Assembly (NCBI RefSeq): GCF_001194135.2
Contig: NC_068989.1
Location: 66,949,549 to 67,001,485, forward strand
Length of the DNA: 51,937 nt
Reading direction: 5' to 3'
Source: Octopus bimaculoides
Lineage: Eukaryota
Made by a program: the position numbers and the translations under genes. Position 1 is the first letter of the stretch. Each line of letters opens with the position of its first letter. Below are positions 11,758 to 23,799 of the stretch, piece by piece. The notes under the pieces were generated by a model. The model made no database searches and was not told the DNA's origin. It saw nothing but the letters and a program-made list of their open reading frames with translations.

Positions 11758-12934
11758 ATAAATGTGATAACTGTGATATCAATAAGAAAGAGCAGTGTAT
11801 ACAAATGAAATTCACTATAAAACGTACGACACGTTCTGCAAACAAAATATTGTATCACACAAAAAGAAATTTCTTTTATTGTGCATTATCAGAAGATAAC
11901 AATCGATAATAAAAAGAGACAAAATGTGCTTAATGACACCTGCACATGTTTTGATCTCACAATATTGCTACGAACATGAACATTGTACCCTTCTTTGTTC
12001 CGTACATCAAGTGAATGTTATTAAACAAGGGAGACAGAGAGGAAACAGCATCTTATTGTTTCGCTTTTGTTTTCTCATATTTTGAAAACATTTCATCATT
12101 TCAATAAAATTTTGATTCCTTTTCACTCGGTAAGAAGAAACTATAAAGTATTTTAATGGGATGGAGAAAATAGTTGTATTATTGTAATATTAAATATCCT
12201 TTTCCATATGTTTTAGCGAAAAATGAAAGGAAAAACTGGGGTTGAAAGCGCGTCGCAATCTAGGTTCCTCTAAACAAAATTCATTACTATTTCAGTAGTA
12301 TATTGATTCAAGATTAAGCTCAAAGATAATTTTTGAAGGGGAAATATACAAGCCTTTCTGTCGAGTCTAAAACTCCAATTGAATTAAAATTCAATAACGT
12401 ATGAAAACGAAATAAAATTCTTTTTTACTCATCCTGACAGAATTATTTCAGCAGACCAGTTATGTATTGTCGTTTCTGTGAGTCTAATAACTTACAAGGG
12501 TAAAAAATGGCCTCTTGTAGTAGTCTTTAAACATTTTAAACTATCCCCGCCACCCTTTTCTTTTACTAGCACTTTTTCAATGGTCCCTTGCTACGGATCA
12601 GCAACCATCCACCCATTTTAATGTGCATACACATATCAGACCAGAATAATTTCATTCTGGATATTAGTTTAACGTGAGCGACTACTTACCACAGTTCCAC
12701 CTATATATATACGAATATCTGTCACATCACCGTTTAAAGTTAGTTTAATGATCGAACCTTTAGTACACGGCTTCGGCCAAACTCATATACACTTTGTGCT
12801 TCATGTGTATACACACACCTAAACACACACACATACATACGTACACACAAACACACACATATATATATGTGTGTGTACGTATGTATATATGTGTGTGTAT
12901 GTGTATGTGTTTGTGTGTGTACGTATGTATGGTA

Positions 12935-13822
12935 GTATGACTAAACCCGACTACTACGGTCGGCAGACTGATGCCTGAGGATCGCATCAAGTGGCTTCTA
13001 GCATTAGAAGCTTGTCCCACAGAGAACGTTTCCGGTTACTTTTGGGTAACCCCTCGTACTATGGTAGCGCTTGAAAGGGACACATTTAGAGAAAACTTCT
13101 TTACGACTATTCAATGCGCCAGGTTTAGTATAGTCCTTAAAAATGTTGATTCTCTCCGCAATGCAGATTTTTCAACGGCCACTCCCATTAATATCTGGCC
13201 CTGGATTATCTATTATTTTCCACCTGATGTCACATGGGTCTCTTGATTTTTGAAGTGCCACACATGGTTGGCTAGGAACGTGACAAAACGTCTTTATGGG
13301 ACTCTGAAGGATGACTGGTGATTGCGGAAGCGATGTTCGAAAGATGTACTGGCCGATCCGATATATTTACAAACTTGTGATGTGGCTATATTCGCACTCC
13401 TCGTATATCTCTGGTAGGCTCTGGGTCTGGAAATGCTGTTGGTTACACTGTTGCTGACGTTGTTGATATGGCGCAATGATTCGGCGGTGTTATCTCTGTG
13501 GTCATCGTTTCTGGTCATATGGTTGGCCATGTAGCTGCCAGCGTTGTGTGGGTGCGGCTGGTGGCAACATATTGTGCAAAGCGGTCATCCAATCGGTGTC
13601 GATGATAATTGTTTGGTCATCGTCTGTGGTGGTGGCACTGGGGACGCCGAATACCTCCTCCGTGTCGCTGGTCCTGGATTGGTCGTCATCTCTAGGTATG
13701 GCGATTGTACTGGTGGCAACATATAGTGCGGGCCTGGTTACTCTGTCGGTGTCGATGATAATGGTTTGATCATCATCTGTGGCGGTGGTACTGAGGTCGT
13801 CGGTTACCTTCTCTGTTTCGTT
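12935..13822 (-). mobile_element. Penelope-like element 3' fragment (GIY-YIG endonuclease C-terminal half plus structured 3' UTR)
   Basis: KYIGSASTSFEHRFRNHQSSFR, LANHVWHFK, CDIRWKII, KICIAERINIF...LNSRKEVFSKCP across stops and frameshifts. This matches the Penelope/Neptune EN pattern YIG...F..R...H...LS.HIW...C.LC..EK...LN.R.E..S.C. Confidence 0.85.
13559..13805. repeat. Approximately 152-bp tandem duplication inside the PLE, Thr/Asp-rich on the minus strand
   Basis: TGGTGGCAACATAT at 13559 and 13711; TCGGTGTCGATGATAAT at 13593 and 13746. Encodes TDDDQTIIIDTD twice. Confidence 0.85.
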
Positions 13823-13855
13823 GTATGTATGTATGTATGTATGTATGTATGTATG

Positions 13856-14330
13856 CTATATGGAGAACTTGTGAATGGAAGGAGACTCCGGCAGAAACCA
13901 AGGCTGCGATTTAAGGACTGTGTCAAGTCTTCATTAAAGGCCTGTGATATGCAGGACACTGACTGGGAGAACAAAGCCTGTCATCGCCACGGGTGGAGGA
14001 AGCAGATTAAGGAGGAGATCGACACTTTTGAGAGAGCACGTATCCAGCATGAAGAACTTAAGCGAGCTGCGCGAAAGCGCACAGCTCGTATAGTGAATAG
14101 GGAAAGCTTGGTCTGCAANNNNNNNNNNAGCGAGCTGCGCGAAAGCGCACAGCTCGTATAGTGAATAGGGAAAGCTTGGTCTGCAATGTTTGCAGTCATG
14201 TATGCTTGTCAAGAGCAGGGCTCATTAGCCACCAACGGAGCCGCAAATGCAAAATATAAGTTAGTCCTAGAGCGCACAATGTTCCTGAAGGTCGGCAATG
14301 GTCTTCCTCGGTCACGAGTGGACGGCCATC
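13856..14330 (+). mobile_element. RTE (BovB-like) LINE 3' fragment
   Basis: LYGELVNGRRLRQKPRLRFKDCVKSSLK...W...CNVCSHVCLSRAGLISHQRSRKCKI*, short 3' UTR, (ATGT)n on both sides. Confidence 0.9.
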
Positions 14331-14941
14331 ATGTATGTATGTATGTATGTATGTATGTATGTATGTATGTATGTATGTATGTACGTATGCACGTAGCTAC
14401 CAGTTGAAATTTATCTTATATTCCTATTTATATTGATTTCTCTGCCCACGTGAGAGTTTACACATGTCTGTTTATACACGTGGGTAGACTATGAGATTAA
14501 CAGCTAGAATTAACAACGTTCAAACTTTATATTTATAATATGCATATATATGTACAAGCATGTTCGCATGTTACCTAACGCCGCGTGTGCAGCGTTAGGT
14601 ATTTCATGTATGGAAATATGAACTATGACAATGTCATTTAAATTATACTTTAGAATATTATTTATAATTTACATGCACAGATGGTACATACTCGGTTTCG
14701 TTTATTTCCTTACTCATATTTCCTTACTCATATTTCGAAGTCTATTATCATTGTTCATATTGTTTATGTAGTTGTCGTTACTGTGATTGCGTCGAAGAAT
14801 TTGGTTATCATAGTAAGTACATTTAATTTTTGTATTTTTTAATTAATGTTTAAAGAAAATGCAAAGACTAAATAAAAGAAGAATTGCACAGATGGGTCCG
14901 TTACCTCACCACAGCTTGCTTTGTTCCCAGTATCTTATGGC

Positions 14942-15150
14942 TTTTATCTTTTACTTGTTTCAGTCATTGGGCTGCAGCTATTGTGGAGTACCGCCTTCAA
15001 GGATTTAATCGAACAAATCGACGCTATACTGGGCTTTTTAAGCCTAGAACTTATTCTATCAGTCTCATTTGTCAAACCGCTAAGTTACAGCGACAAATCA
15101 ACGCCGGTTATCAAGCGGTTTGTAGAAAGACAGATACTAACACAAAGATC
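14942..15150 (-). mobile_element. SINE family C, 3' half
   Basis: Matches 464-660. Confidence 0.75.
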
Positions 15151-15299
15151 GTTATTACTCTCATTGCTATTACTTTCTCTCACTCCCTCTCAGTCGTGGG
15201 TATTACTGTCACTACTTCTCCTTCACTGAATTACTATTTTCTCCCCCTCTCCCTTCACTTAAACTATTCTTTCTCCTGCTCTCTCCTGCGCAACTTTGG

Positions 15300-15342
<43 letters not shown>

Positions 15343-16239
15343 NNNNNNNNNNNNNNNNNNNNNNNNNNNNNNNNNNNNNNNNNNNNNNNNNNNNNNNNNN
15401 NNNNNNNNNNNNNNNNNNNNNNNNNNNNNNNNNNNNNNNNNNNNNNNNNNNNNNNNNNNNNNNNNNNNNNNNNNNNNNNNNNNNNNNNNNNNNNNNNNNN
15501 NNNNNNNNNNNNNNNNNNNNNNNNNNNNNNNNNNNNNNNNNNNNNNNNNNNNNNNNNNNNNNNNNNNNNNNNNNNNNNNNNNNNNNNNNNNNNNNNNNNN
15601 NNNNNNNNNNNNNNNNNNNNNNNNNNNNNNNNNNNNNNNNNNNNNNNNNNNNNNNNNNNNNNNNNNNNNNNNNNNNNNNNNNNNNNNNNNNNNNNNNNNN
15701 NNNNNNNNNNNNNNNNNNNNNNNNNNNNNNNNNNNNNNNNNNNNNNNNNNNNNNNNNNNNNNNNNNNNNNNNNNNNNNNNNNNNNNNNNNNNNNNNNNNN
15801 NNNNNNNNNNNNNNNNNNNNNNNNNNNNNNNNNNNNNNNNNNNNNNNNNNNNNNNNNNNNNNNNNNNNNNNNNNNNNNNNNNNNNNNNNNNNNNNNNNNN
15901 NNNNNNNNNNNNNNNNNNNNNNNNNNNNNNNNNNNNNNNNNNNNNNNNNNNNNNNNNNNNNNNNNNNNNNNNNNNNNNNNNNNNNNNNNNNNNNNNNNNN
16001 NNNNNNNNNNNNNNNNNNNNNNNNNNNNNNNNNNNNNNNNNNNNNNNNNNNNNNNNNNNNNNNNNNNNNNNNNNNNNNNNNNNNNNNNNNNNNNNNNNNN
16101 NNNNNNNNNNNNNNNNNNNNNNNNNNNNNNNNNNNNNNNNNNNNNNNNNNNNNNNNNNNNNNNNNNNNNNNNNNNNNNNNNNNNNNNNNNNNNNNNNNNN
16201 NNNNNNNNNNNNNNNNNNNNNNNNNNNNNNNNNNNNNNN

Positions 16240-16306
<67 letters not shown>

Positions 16307-16847
16307 ATATAAAACAATGCGTCGAAGAGTATGCCTTTACGTTCGAAGTTAGTTTAGATACTTGATAAATAAAAAGCGTGAAAATGAGTACGAGACTGAA
16401 TTTAGTACGTGGATGGGAGGTGGGTGCTCTGTAGCTACTATGAGGATTTACGAGCGTACAGAATATAACTGGAAAGTGAAGAAGGTGCAATATATCCAGA
16501 CAGGAGCTCATACGATTCCTCATCGCATGCTGAAACCTACATGCTGGCTCTATGCGACACCGAAACGTGGTATAACGAAGAAGATATGTAGATAGCGACC
16601 TGTCCTTCAGCCGACTATTTGCATGACATAAGGCAGATGTGACGTGACCTGGGCCTATACAACAACAACAACAACAAGCACTAGAGTCACATATAACCTA
16701 TAACTTAGACACATCAAAATGATGTCCCAGTATGATAGTAGTCCAATAATATTGTATCTGTGATTACATTGTCATTTAAAATTGTGAAGTGTGGTTTGAG
16801 GAATAAACACTTATTGAACTCCACTTCCTTCCTTAAAGCACTTAAAC

Positions 16848-17580
16848 CAGTGATACCCAACGTGGGGCAAACACCCCACAAGTGGGACCTGGGATAATTG
16901 TGATGAGGCGTGTGAAAAACTTGTGTTTTTTTTATAGCGAACATACTTCATATATTCAGCCTAGCCAAAACAATCCCTCCAACCAAGCATACTGTGTGAA
17001 GACTGTTTGCTACAGTATGTGTGTTGTGTTGGCACTCCGTCGCTTACGACGTCGAGGGTTCCAGTTGATCAGATCAACGGAACAGCCTGCACGTGAAATT
17101 AACGTGCAAGTGGCTGAGCAATCGACAGACACGTGTACCCTTAACGTAGTTCTCGGGGATATTCAGCGTGACACAGTGTGACAAGGCTGACCCTTTGAAT
17201 TACAGGCACAACAGAAACAGGAAGTAAGAGTGAGAGAAAGTTGTGGTGAAAGAGTACAGCAGGGTTCGCCACCATCCCCTGCCGGAGCCTCGTGGAGCTT
17301 TTAGGTGTTTTCGCTCAATAAACACTCACAACGTCCGGTCTGGGAATCGAAACCGCGATCCTATGGCCGCGAGTCCGCTGCCCTAACCACTGGGCCATTG
17401 CGTCTCCAATTGCTACAGTATAGCACTATTCTAATGACCTAGTGTAGATATTCCTTTAAGGAAAATATATGATTATGAAATATTAAAAATGAAGCCTTTT
17501 TCTTTCAAACCACTGGTGGGACATACATTTTTCTGGAAAGTTATAGTGGGGCCCGGAGGAAAATAGGTTGGGAAACATTG
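16848..17580. mobile_element. Non-autonomous hAT MITE (Buster/Charlie-like) carrying a SINE
   Basis: Termini CAGTGATACCCAAC / GTTGGGAAACATTG (11/14 match); perfect 8-bp TSD ACTTAAAC at 16840-16847 and 17581-17588 with central TA. Confidence 0.85.
17019..17409 (-). mobile_element. tRNA-derived SINE family A, full length with TSD
   Basis: 12-bp TSD TTGCTACAGTAT at 17007-17018 and 17410-17421. TCG sits at the anticodon-like position, so the head is Arg-like. Confidence 0.95.
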
Positions 17581-18135
17581 ACTTAAACGATTCTTTGACA
17601 GAATCGAAAAAGTGTTTAGTGTGATACTTCCCGGTACTTCTTTCGCCTCTTTGTTTTCAGAATTCAAATCCCACGGTGGAATTTTTCCGAACAGAATAAC
17701 AGAATAATTCAAATATTGTAATTTTAGATACAGAATGCTAAATTAAACTTAAATATAGATTTCACATTAAATTATACTCTTGTTTAGTCCCAGTTCAGCC
17801 CTGTCTGAACCCATCTCTGACGAAAGGTGTTCTGTTCGTAGTCATTACGATAGCAATGAGAGGAAATATATGATTTCAAAAATATTCGGCTGATATTTCT
17901 TTCAGGTATGATTACAACGTAGAGTAGGAAGTCTGTAAGGTGATCAATATCAAACACTGGGTGTCTATATGGCTATCCAAGGGGATCGATAAACACTTGA
18001 ATCGATTTTGAGCATTATGGGTGTTGAATTGATAGCAAACTAAATCTGGAAGAGTGCAGTAATTTAAGGTTATTGTTCACTAATTTCCAATCAAATATCG
18101 AGACAAGTATTCACCAGATAGATGTCACATTAAAT

Positions 18136-18352
18136 ATTGATTTCAAATTTTGGCATAGGGTCAGTAATTTCAGGGATAGGAATAAGCCGATTACATCGAG
18201 CCCAGCGATTAAATTGGGCATAATTTAGTCGACCCCAAAAGGGATGGAAGGTAAAGTCAACCCCGGCGGAGTTTGAACCTAGAACGTAAAGACGGGCGAA
18301 ATACCGCTAAGCATTTTATCCGGCGTGCTAACGACTCTGCCAGTTCGCTGCC
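18136..18352 (-). mobile_element. SINE family B, near full length
   Basis: Reverse-complement head GGCAGCGAACTGGCAGAGTCGTTAGCACGCC and B-box GGTTCAAACTCC. Confidence 0.85.
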
Positions 18353-18362
18353 GGGGTTGACA

Positions 18363-18484
18363 TTGCCTGTCATCCTCTCGGGTCTATAAAATAAGCAACA
18401 GTTAAGCACTGAGATCGATGTAATTGTAATAGACTTTCCCCTTCCCCAGGAATTAATTGTTCTGTGTCAAAATTTGAAACCAAT
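18363..18484 (+). mobile_element. SINE family B, 3' half
   Basis: Ends in AAAATTTGAAACCAAT like other B copies. Confidence 0.7.
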
Positions 18485-18821
18485 CTCATTTTTAAATTTA
18501 CATGATGGGCTTCGATAAATTATGTACGATTCCAAGAAATGGGTCAACGATATAAGAGGTTTGCCGACCCCCAACGTAGAGAAATCTCCATTGATTCCAT
18601 AACAGTGTGATAATACATCATAATTTCTTCACACGAACACATATGCGCTTCTATACTAAACATTTTGAATTAATACAAATGTAATTTATTAATACAAATA
18701 TTATTAATACAAATATAGTTTATCTATTGCTTCTCGCAGTAAATAAAAAGTAAACGGTCCTCCGTCGGTTTCGACGATCAGTATCCTAGGTTTTCAATCT
18801 ATTGAACTGCGGCTTTATTCA

Positions 18822-18857
<36 letters not shown>

Positions 18858-19756
18858 NNNNNNNNNNNNNNNNNNNNNNNNNNNNNNNNNNNNNNNNNNN
18901 NNNNNNNNNNNNNNNNNNNNNNNNNNNNNNNNNNNNNNNNNNNNNNNNNNNNNNNNNNNNNNNNNNNNNNNNNNNNNNNNNNNNNNNNNNNNNNNNNNNN
19001 NNNNNNNNNNNNNNNNNNNNNNNNNNNNNNNNNNNNNNNNNNNNNNNNNNNNNNNNNNNNNNNNNNNNNNNNNNNNNNNNNNNNNNNNNNNNNNNNNNNN
19101 NNNNNNNNNNNNNNNNNNNNNNNNNNNNNNNNNNNNNNNNNNNNNNNNNNNNNNNNNNNNNNNNNNNNNNNNNNNNNNNNNNNNNNNNNNNNNNNNNNNN
19201 NNNNNNNNNNNNNNNNNNNNNNNNNNNNNNNNNNNNNNNNNNNNNNNNNNNNNNNNNNNNNNNNNNNNNNNNNNNNNNNNNNNNNNNNNNNNNNNNNNNN
19301 NNNNNNNNNNNNNNNNNNNNNNNNNNNNNNNNNNNNNNNNNNNNNNNNNNNNNNNNNNNNNNNNNNNNNNNNNNNNNNNNNNNNNNNNNNNNNNNNNNNN
19401 NNNNNNNNNNNNNNNNNNNNNNNNNNNNNNNNNNNNNNNNNNNNNNNNNNNNNNNNNNNNNNNNNNNNNNNNNNNNNNNNNNNNNNNNNNNNNNNNNNNN
19501 NNNNNNNNNNNNNNNNNNNNNNNNNNNNNNNNNNNNNNNNNNNNNNNNNNNNNNNNNNNNNNNNNNNNNNNNNNNNNNNNNNNNNNNNNNNNNNNNNNNN
19601 NNNNNNNNNNNNNNNNNNNNNNNNNNNNNNNNNNNNNNNNNNNNNNNNNNNNNNNNNNNNNNNNNNNNNNNNNNNNNNNNNNNNNNNNNNNNNNNNNNNN
19701 NNNNNNNNNNNNNNNNNNNNNNNNNNNNNNNNNNNNNNNNNNNNNNNNNNNNNNNN

Positions 19757-19793
<37 letters not shown>

Positions 19794-19829
19794 GAGAGAA
19801 ATAGAGAGAGATACATGCATACACATATA

Positions 19830-21074
19830 TTGGGTAATCCTATGGATAATGAGGTTTCTTTATACTTTTTTCAAAATTGAGGTAAACAAAGTACTTTTTT
19901 AATCTAAAATATTATCTCCTTCGTTTTCTACAATGATTTTCATCTATCTAGTAGACTTGCAAGGCCCCTCTTCCAAAATTCACTTGCCCCTGACAGAAAA
20001 TACTCCTCCAATTCTGTTCTAACCTCGTCTACAGAATTCATACATTTTTCGTCCAAATGATTTTGAAGACTATAGAATAAATGATAATCAAATGGGGCAT
20101 GGCCGGTGAATATGGTGGGTGGGGCATTGTTTCCCATTCAAACTGCTCCAACCTTTGGAATGGCAACCTCGCTGTATGTGGCCGAGCATTATCCTGATGG
20201 AAGAACACCTTTCGTCTTGAAACCAAGGATAATCGTTTTTCTTCTAGCGCTGACTTAAGCCGCTCAAGCTTCTCGCAGTAGTTCTCCTCTATTATGGTTT
20301 GGTTTGGGTTTAAAAGTTCAAGGTAGACTAAACCTTTCATATCCCACTAAACAGATAACAACACCATACGTGGATGAAGACCTTTAACCTGGAGTGCTGG
20401 TGTTTCTCCTTTCCCTACCCATTGTCTACGGCGCTTGACATTTTTATTTAACTCGTTTCTCGTCACCAATCACTATTCGGTCCAAAAAGCTTCATTTGTG
20501 AGACGTGACAGCAAAGGAGAGCACGCATTCACACTCTGCGCGCGATTAGACTCGGGAAGTTTGTGAAGAACCCAATGACCTTAGTTGCTGACTTTTTCGA
20601 TGGCACACAGGTGGTGATGAATGATTGAATGGCCAAATCCAAGCGTCTCTGCTAGTTCCTCAACAGTTACGATGGGATTTTGTTCCACCAGGCTTTGCAG
20701 GACGTCCTCGTCGAGCTTTACATATCTTCCAGAACGAAGCTGGTCTTCTCGGCTGTACTTTCTGGCTCAGAATTTCTAGAACCACTGTTGACACTGGCTT
20801 ACGCTGATTGTTCGATCCCCATATACTGCATTAATATTCCTCACACTTCTCGTTGCTTTTTTGAATTCATAAAACAAAATATGCCGAATATGGTCCTTTG
20901 TCACTTCCATAATAGCTTTGAAAAAATAACTGTTTAAATCGAACTGCACTCTTCAAAACTCGCATCAGAAATAAAACAAGGTAAAATTACTGCCTGCATT
21001 TACAGCAAGTTGATGCAGGTAGTTTATCCCTTTCGCCCACCGACTTTTAGTTCATTATTTATGGGATGACCCAA
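19830..21074 (-). mobile_element. Full-length decayed mariner (DD34D-type) transposon
   Basis: 24-bp TIRs (19/24 match) TTGGGT(A/C)ATCC.., TA TSDs, 1245 bp. Confidence 0.92.
19900..20910 (-). pseudogene. Mariner transposase pseudogene
   Basis: ATG at 20910 (MEVTKDHIRHILFYEF), FHQDNARPHTAR, HPPYSP, APFDYHLFYSLQNHL; multiple stops and frameshifts. Confidence 0.9.
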
Positions 21075-21113
21075 TATATTGAAATATATACATATATATA
21101 TAAAAAATATATA

Positions 21114-21660
21114 TTGGGTTGGCAACTAAGTTTCCGCCGTTTCTTTAAATTTGGGAATTTATTGCGTTTTTAAATTTTGGAATCTATTTTTTTCGAGAAT
21201 TCTATTTTTGAATCATTTTGGAATCTATCTTGTTTTTTTTTGTTTTTTTTCTCTAGTTAATTTTAGTTAACTTTTGTTTATTTTCAGATCATTAAAATCG
21301 AATGTCACGTTAAGAAAAACGAGCATTTTCGACACCTCCCTCTTTTTGCTTTTAATCAAGGTTCTAAGGCCACAAAAGCTGCTCGCAACATTTGTGCTGT
21401 ATATGGAGAGGGTGCCATAGCTGAAAGAACCGCTCGTGATTGGTATGCCAAGTTCAAAAATGGAAATTTTGATCTCAAAGACGCACCTCGTCCTGGCCGT
21501 CCAGCTGAGTTCGATGACAAGGGAACTGGCAGAGAGAATGGAATGCTCCCACACTGCTATAGAGAAGCATCTTCACTCGATGGGGAAGGTTCAGAAGTAT
21601 GGAGCATGGGGTTCCACATACTTTAAGTGACAACAACACAAATCAACGAGCCATAATCTC
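21114..21660 (+). mobile_element. Second mariner, 5' half (left TIR plus HTH region)
   Basis: TA-TTGGGTTGGCAACTAAG terminus; EHFRHL.LFAFNQGSKATKAARNICAVYGEGAIAERTARDWYAKFK...GRP, RELAERM...WVPH. Ends at a short SINE B fragment (about 21660-21703). Confidence 0.88.
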
Positions 21661-22030
21661 CGAAAGAATGAAAAGTAAAGTTGACCTCGGTGGGATTTGA
21701 AATCCATTTGGTATAACTCTAGGATAAATAATTTCCATTAAGAAAACATTTCTGTTAAAATAGCAGTATCATTTGTTCTTACAGAACACCCACGTTTAGG
21801 TGGCTATAAACATAACTTCTCATTATAAATACTGCTTTCGTCTCGAACAGAGATTTTCTTAACGAGCTAATTTTTTGCAGATTATTAAAGCAGCTTCTGT
21901 TACATTACAGATCGTTATCGTAAAAAAAGTGGAAGATGTAATTGCCTGTCCGTTCGTAATCACTTTTCCGCTTATTTACATATTTAGTTGTGTCTAGGAA
22001 GAGTCATTACGCCAATATTAATAACAGGGG

Positions 22031-22246
22031 TAAGGCGGCAAGCTGGTAGGATCGTTAGTACGCCGAGCAAAATGTTTAGCGGCATTTCGTCCGTCTTTCC
22101 GTTATGAGTTCAAATTCCACCGAAGCCGACTTTGCTTTTCATCCTTCCGGGGTTGATAAAAATAAGTACGGGATAAACACTGGAGTCGATGTAAATGATT
22201 TAACCCTTTCCCCGAAATTTCTGGCCTTGTGCCAATATTTGAAATC
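22031..22246 (+). mobile_element. SINE family B
   Basis: TAAGGCGGCAAGCTGG head, GAGTTCAAATTCC B-box, typical tail. Confidence 0.88.
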
Positions 22247-22735
22247 AGTATCAATAGTACATGCACTTGTTCAATTCCACTTCTTTACTATTAGTCATTA
22301 TTATTATTGCTTAACTTATTGGTTAAACAAATGATCAGTTAGTTAGTTGGATAGATATTTAACCAGTTGACTAATAATAAAGGAGTGGAATTGAACCAGT
22401 GCGTGTGTTAATAATATTGGCATAATGATTCTCCTTAGACACAACAAAATTTGTTTCAACACACGAATTCACAAAGAATCTTGCAAACCAAATATAAAAA
22501 CGAAGTAAATATTTACTTTTGAATTGTTTATTTGGCTTTGCTTTCTAATTTCTCCTCGAAGATCAGATTTCCGTGGAATGTGTCCATGATTTGGATTATT
22601 GTACTATTTACTTGTCTGAATGTGTAAATAATTCTTAATGCCTAATTCTTTTTTCTTTTTTTTTTTTTGAGTTATTATCGAATTATCTAGCTTAATTTTG
22701 TTTACGAGAGTTGATTTCAATATAACTAATCGGAA

Positions 22736-22950
22736 GTGCGGCGAGCTGACAGAATCGTTAGCACGCCGGACGAAATTCTTAGCGATATTTCGTCCGTCTT
22801 TACGTTCTAAGTTCAAATTCCACTAAGTTCGACTTTGCCTGTCATCCTTTCGCGGTCGATAAAATAAGTACCAGTGGAGCACTGAGGTCGATGTAATTAA
22901 CTTACCCTCTCCCCTGAAATTGCTGCCTTGCGCCAAACATTCAAACCAAT
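22736..22950 (+). mobile_element. SINE family B
   Basis: Same head, B-box and tail motifs as 22031-22246. Confidence 0.88.
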
Positions 22951-23039
22951 ATAAAACAAACAGAGAAAAGGAATTAAAAACCACTAAATACATTTTTGAC
23001 ATTAAAATTTTAGTATCGTATGTGAAAAATTACATTTGT

Positions 23040-23480
23040 TTCGTAAGTCTTGTTCCAGTGCACCTAAAAATGGATGTTGAAAATGTACTTCACAATCTTA
23101 AATTAATGGAGAATGATAATAATTTTGTCAGTATGGAGGTGTCAACAATCTTTCACTAATTGTTTGCGTGCAAAAGAAAGCTGGTCAATTAAGGATGTGT
23201 ATTGATTTCGAAGTATATTTAAATGTCAGGATTCGAACTTCTTTTTTCATCCAATTCCTCGTCTTCAAACCATGTTTATTGATACGAAAGATGTAATTTT
23301 TTTTCCTCTATTGATTTAGATAAAGATTCTAAGAGATCGTGTGCGATAAACGACAAGCAATGGCCGTCTTTAATCAATAGAATTCATATGAATCACAAAA
23401 ATAACAGCTCCAATGTGTAAATAGCTCTTAATTAATACCTTGTTCATTTCTAATGAGTTATCGAATTACATATATAATTT
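23040..23480 (+). mobile_element. Ty3/Gypsy reverse transcriptase remnant
   Basis: LVPVHLKMDVENVL, CVQKKAGQLRMCIDF and FSSIDL match the Gypsy RT N-terminal pattern V.KKDG.LRMC.D(Y/F)R...FS.LDL. Confidence 0.55.
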
Positions 23481-23620
23481 AATCCTGTTTGTGGAAGTGG
23501 AGTTCAATAAAAAAGAAAACGGAAAAAAATAAAAATCACAAAATATATTTTCGAAAATGCGTCACTGTTCTTTTTAGCCAAATTCTAATGTGCAAGTATT
23601 TAATATTATTAGCACTGTTT

Positions 23621-23799
23621 AAGGCAGCGAGCTGACAGAAACGTTAGCACGCCAGCAGAAAATGATTAGCGGCATTTCGTCCTTCTTTTGCGTTCTGAGT
23701 TCAAATTCCTTTCAGAGTCGGTAAAATAAGTACCAGTTGAACACTGATATCAGTGTAATCGACTAGTCTCAAAACTTTCTGCCAAAATTTGAAACCAAT
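23621..23799 (+). mobile_element. SINE family B with internal deletions
   Basis: Head and tail motifs present. Confidence 0.8.

Noticed and set aside
14061-14186. 58-bp exact direct repeat around a 10-N gap
   Set aside because: Unmerged contig overlap; the RTE frame reads through once one copy is removed.
16360-16680. Possible LINE 3' end with a (CAA)n tail
   Set aside because: The tail is suggestive, but no protein motif or in-window homolog supports a call.
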